The position numbers and the translations under genes are program-made. Shown in pieces: positions 5,360 through 7,146 of a stretch of 7,146 nt of DNA (its first letter is position 1; the number at the start of each line of letters is the position of its first letter). The notes beneath the pieces were generated by a model. That model saw only the letters and a program-made list of their open reading frames with translations, did not search any database and was not told the origin of the DNA. The stretch is from a virus, in IMG/VR virus record IMGVR_UViG_3300028901_000183; one strand, 5' to 3'.

Positions 5360-6391
5360 CTACAACGCAATAAGCTTCTTGTCATAGGCCCATTGCGGCG
5401 TGACCACCGGCACGGCCTCGACAATACGGATCAACGGCACGACGTTGTTACGCTCAGGCGCAAGATGCGGCACGTTGATATCCACGCCGTACTCCAACAA
5501 AGCCCGGCGATGGCGATAAAAAGTATTTTGGGCCAGCAGATAACGCACATCCGCGCCCTGCCGCCAAAGCTGGTAGGTGCCCAACAGGGTGCGGGGCATC
5601 TTGGTCAATTGCTCGTCAAGCAACGTGGCTTGCATGGTCATGTCGATCTTCCCCAAATAATCGTTGAAAAGCTGATCGAGTTTGGCGGGGGTCAAATGAT
5701 GCCCATGGGTGATCCCGTGGCGCTCCTGAAGCTCACGGGCGAACAGGCGAAGCTCGGCGCGGAGCTTGCCGTCTACAAACTCCTCCAAGCCCAGCCCCTT
5801 GAGTTCTTCGGGCAAGCGGTGGAACTTGGCGGAAAGTTCGCGGAACTTGTTATAAAACTTGAAAGCCCAGCGGCGGGAATGCTGGCCCATGTAGACCGTG
5901 CCCCGGTCGCGGGAAGAACGGCCATGGCGGGAGACGGCCCGCATGTGCGCGGCATGAAGCCACGCCTCGACACTGGCATCGTTACCCACGTCAAACAGCC
6001 GGGTGATATCCAGCATCTTGACCCAATAATCCCCGCGCTTGATGCGGGCCTCCGTCAAGGCCGGATCGGCAGAGCCTTGGAAATAAGCGGCGTGAAGCTC
6101 GACAATGCGACGGAACGCCAACAACACCAAACGATCCAGATCCTCAATGCCGAAAATGTTGTGGCCCTGCAAAAACTTGGCAAGATTGCCGTCCACCAGA
6201 AGGGCCGTCGCCCTGCCCTCCCCGTTCCCGCCCGACGACTTGACCTTGATGCTCGACTCGAACGAGCCACGGCAAAGCAAGGACTTGACCGATTCCCACT
6301 CGACCGTGCCATCGGGATCAATCGACAGCACACGGCCCGCCGGGAGGGGGTCATGCAGAAAAGGAAGCTCACCGCGAAACCAGTCAATCAT
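5360..6391 (-). CDS. Rolling-circle replication initiation protein, filamentous-phage gene II / CRI / RstA-like (343 aa)
   Basis: A strong AAGGAG lies 7 nt upstream of the ATG at 6391; the ORF-track start at 6445 is a TTG. The N-terminus MIDWFRGELPFLHDPLPAGRV..IDPDGTVEW is typical of gene II/X-family initiators. A KFYNK motif resembles the (R/K)xYDK Tyr motif of Rep_trans/CRI proteins. The size and its position as first gene of the long operon, divergent from the repressor, also fit. Confidence 0.85.
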   Translation of the reverse strand: MIDWFRGELPFLHDPLPAGRVLSIDPDGTVEWESVKSLLCRGSFESSIKVKSSGGNGEGRATALLVDGNLAKFLQGHNIFGIEDLDRLVLLAFRRIVELHAAYFQGSADPALTEARIKRGDYWVKMLDITRLFDVGNDASVEAWLHAAHMRAVSRHGRSSRDRGTVYMGQHSRRWAFKFYNKFRELSAKFHRLPEELKGLGLEEFVDGKLRAELRLFARELQERHGITHGHHLTPAKLDQLFNDYLGKIDMTMQATLLDEQLTKMPRTLLGTYQLWRQGADVRYLLAQNTFYRHRRALLEYGVDINVPHLAPERNNVVPLIRIVEAVPVVTPQWAYDKKLIAL

Positions 6392-6466
6392 GATGTAACT
6401 CCTTAAGGTACATGTCACCTTAAAAGTTACATCGCTATATGTCAATGCCCAAGTTACATTGTGAGC
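6392..6466. promoter_or_regulatory. Divergent promoter/operator region between the rep and repressor genes
   Basis: - Three copies of AGTTACAT: 6425-6432 and 6452-6459 direct, 6393-6400 inverted.
- A 7-7-7 inverted repeat TTAAGGT-acatgtc-ACCTTAA at 6403-6423.
- On the minus strand, TTGACA (6445-6440) + 17 nt + TAAGGT (6423-6418) is a plausible rep promoter whose -10 lies inside the inverted repeat. Confidence 0.55.
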
Positions 6467-6793
6467 ATGAAAACCATTGCAGACTACATAGAACAGCTAA
6501 AAAAAACGTACAAAATCAACAGCTACTACAAAGCCATGGAATTCTTGGAAATGGACAGACAAGCATGGACGAAGATCCAAAAAGGAGGCGGAATATCAGA
6601 AAAAAACGCTATAAGGTTAGCAAATGCTTTAAAAATCAGCCCTATAGAGATTATGGCGGTTTCAAACGCACTCAAAGCACCAAACAACGAAATCAGAGAC
6701 ATATGGCTAAAACTAGCCAAGGAAAAAGAGGAGGAACGAACCGAAAACCAAGAATACTGCCCCGCCGAAGAGACCAGCCACCCACAAAAATGA
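6467..6793 (+). CDS. Small HTH (Cro/CI/XRE-like) transcriptional repressor, 108 aa
   Basis: It is the only plus-strand gene and is divergent from rep, like rstR of CTXphi. The segment AMEFLEMDRQAWTKIQKGGGISEKNAIRLANALKISPIEIM fits the XRE pattern (helix - recognition helix ..kiekG.. - 'LakaLkisp.el'). It has an acidic/Lys-rich tail. I prefer the ATG at 6467 to the GTG at 6461. Confidence 0.75.
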   Translation: MKTIADYIEQLKKTYKINSYYKAMEFLEMDRQAWTKIQKGGGISEKNAIRLANALKISPIEIMAVSNALKAPNNEIRDIWLKLAKEKEEERTENQEYCPAEETSHPQK

Positions 6794-6891
6794 GACAAAA
6801 GGACGACACGTCAAAAGAGGGTGACTACCAAAAATGGTAGAAAAGGACAGTACTACTGAGCCTGTCCTAGGGAAGGGAGAGGACGGAAGGC

Positions 6892-6927
6892 AAAAAAAGG
6901 CCCCCTTGGCAGGAGACCAAGGGGGCC
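6892..6927 (-). terminator. Canonical rho-independent terminator (minus strand) abutting the dif-like hairpin
   Basis: Minus strand: GGCCCCCTTGG-tctcctg-CCAAGGGGGCC-TTTTTTT, an 11-bp stem (6927-6917 / 6909-6899) with a T7 run (plus-strand A-run 6892-6898). On the plus strand it lacks a U-tract, so it is essentially unidirectional. Confidence 0.8.
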
Positions 6928-7016
6928 GCGCATAATGCGCCTTATGCATAAAGGGCCGGGGGGATTGCGATTGTCCCCCCGGCCCTTTCTACATAAGGCC
7001 GCTTGCATTATGCGCG
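6927..7016. other. ~90-nt near-perfect hairpin carrying a dif-like XerC/XerD site. Candidate attP; the alternative is a packaging-signal hairpin.
   Basis: Hand-folded structure:
- 12 bp (6927-6938 : 7005-7016)
- 5-nt bulge (7000-7004)
- 8 bp (6939-6946 : 6992-6999)
- 3x3 internal loop
- 15 bp (6950-6964 : 6974-6988)
- 9-nt loop

The left arm reads GCCGCGCATAA-TGCGCC-TTATGCATAAA (6925-6952). The E. coli dif, recalled from memory, is GGTGCGCATAA-TGTATA-TTATGTTAAAT. Confidence 0.6.
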
Positions 7017-7146
7017 ACGCCGCTTGGAACGTTCCGGCATGAGGAAGGCCGGGAAAGCGGCCCTTGCGGCCTGTCCGGCCCGCGACCGGCGCGGCCAGCC
7101 GGAGGCGCGAGACCGGCGCGGCCCGTGCGCCGTAACGCTTCTGTGA
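7006..7146. repeat. Terminal redundancy, copy 2 (identical to 1-141). This is an assembly or circularisation overlap, not a biological LTR.
   Basis: Same 141 nt as the window start. The junction falls inside the right arm of the 6927-7016 hairpin, so the hairpin is only intact on the circular molecule. Confidence 0.97.

Larger units (their letters stand above)
1..7005 (-). mobile_element. Complete circular filamentous-phage (inovirus-like) genome, unit length 7005 bp. Most genes are on the window's minus strand.
   Basis: A 141-bp terminal overlap closes the circle. The gene order is rep, ssDNA-binding candidate, small hydrophobic ORF, signal-peptide major coat, large Gly-rich adsorption protein, small membrane protein, Zot/pI P-loop ATPase, with a divergent HTH repressor. 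Genes are tightly packed, with stop/start overlaps TGAtATG and ATGA. Confidence 0.85.

Noticed and set aside
4436-5424. Other long frames around the pV-like gene and the 4887-5359 gap (4436-4864 minus, 4515-5321 plus, 4876-5373 plus, 4896-5294 minus, 4919-5110 minus, 4970-5188 plus).
   Set aside because: They are extremely Arg/Lys/Pro-rich or lack acidic residues almost entirely. They are antisense to, or out of frame with, the better-supported genes. Only the 4963-5349 frame looks protein-like, so only that one is reported, and with low confidence.
5312-6406. 364-aa stop-free plus-strand ORF covering the whole replication gene in antisense.
   Set aside because: - The minus-strand frame has an AAGGAG ribosome-binding site, a gene II-type N-terminus and a Tyr motif, and it fits the operon.
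- The antisense product is Gly/Ala/Leu/Gln-rich with no recognisable motif or start context.
- Long antisense shadow ORFs are common opposite genes with RNY-biased codons.
- It would still be worth a glance in ribosome-profiling data.
6713-6949. 78-aa minus-strand ORF overlapping the repressor 3' end and the T2 terminator; also 6439-6840 plus and 6526-6798 minus.
   Set aside because: It starts downstream of a strong same-strand terminator and runs antisense through the repressor gene. The others are alternate frames of the repressor gene with Lys/Arg-rich or Ser/Phe-rich composition and no ribosome-binding site.

Overview
The window is a complete, circularly permuted genome of a small filamentous phage (inovirus-like). 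The unit length is 7005 bp, because nt 1-141 recur verbatim at 7006-7146 as an assembly or circularisation overlap.

Nine of the ten proposed genes lie on the window's minus strand in the classic inovirus order:
- replication initiator (pII-like, 5360-6391)
- a 128-aa Cys-rich unknown (4963-5349)
- a pV-like ssDNA-binding candidate (4452-4886)
- a 46-aa hydrophobic mini-ORF (4303-4443)
- major coat protein (pVIII-like, 4026-4250)
- a possible 25-aa mini-ORF (3887-3964)
- a large Cys-rich adsorption protein with Gly-Thr and Gly-Asn linkers (pIII-like, 2367-3890)
- a pVI-like membrane protein (1937-2359)
- a Zot/pI-type P-loop assembly ATPase (829-1935)

A small A-rich HTH repressor gene (6467-6793, plus strand) is transcribed divergently from the replication gene across a repeat-bearing operator region. 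This layout resembles CTXphi (rstR / rstA-rstB / psh-cep-orfU-ace-zot). I see no integrase, no pIV secretin and no toxin cargo.

The remaining ~1 kb (6794-7005 plus 1-828) has no convincing ORF, is extremely GC-rich and is highly structured. It is bracketed by two canonical minus-strand intrinsic terminators. It contains:
- a ~90-nt near-perfect hairpin carrying a dif-like XerC/XerD site, a candidate attP
- two copies of an 82-bp hairpin-forming repeat
- an AT-rich island with twin TTGGCA...TGCCAA palindromes, a candidate origin, packaging or operator region

All calls come from reading the sequence by eye. No database searches were run, so family assignments are motif- and synteny-based.
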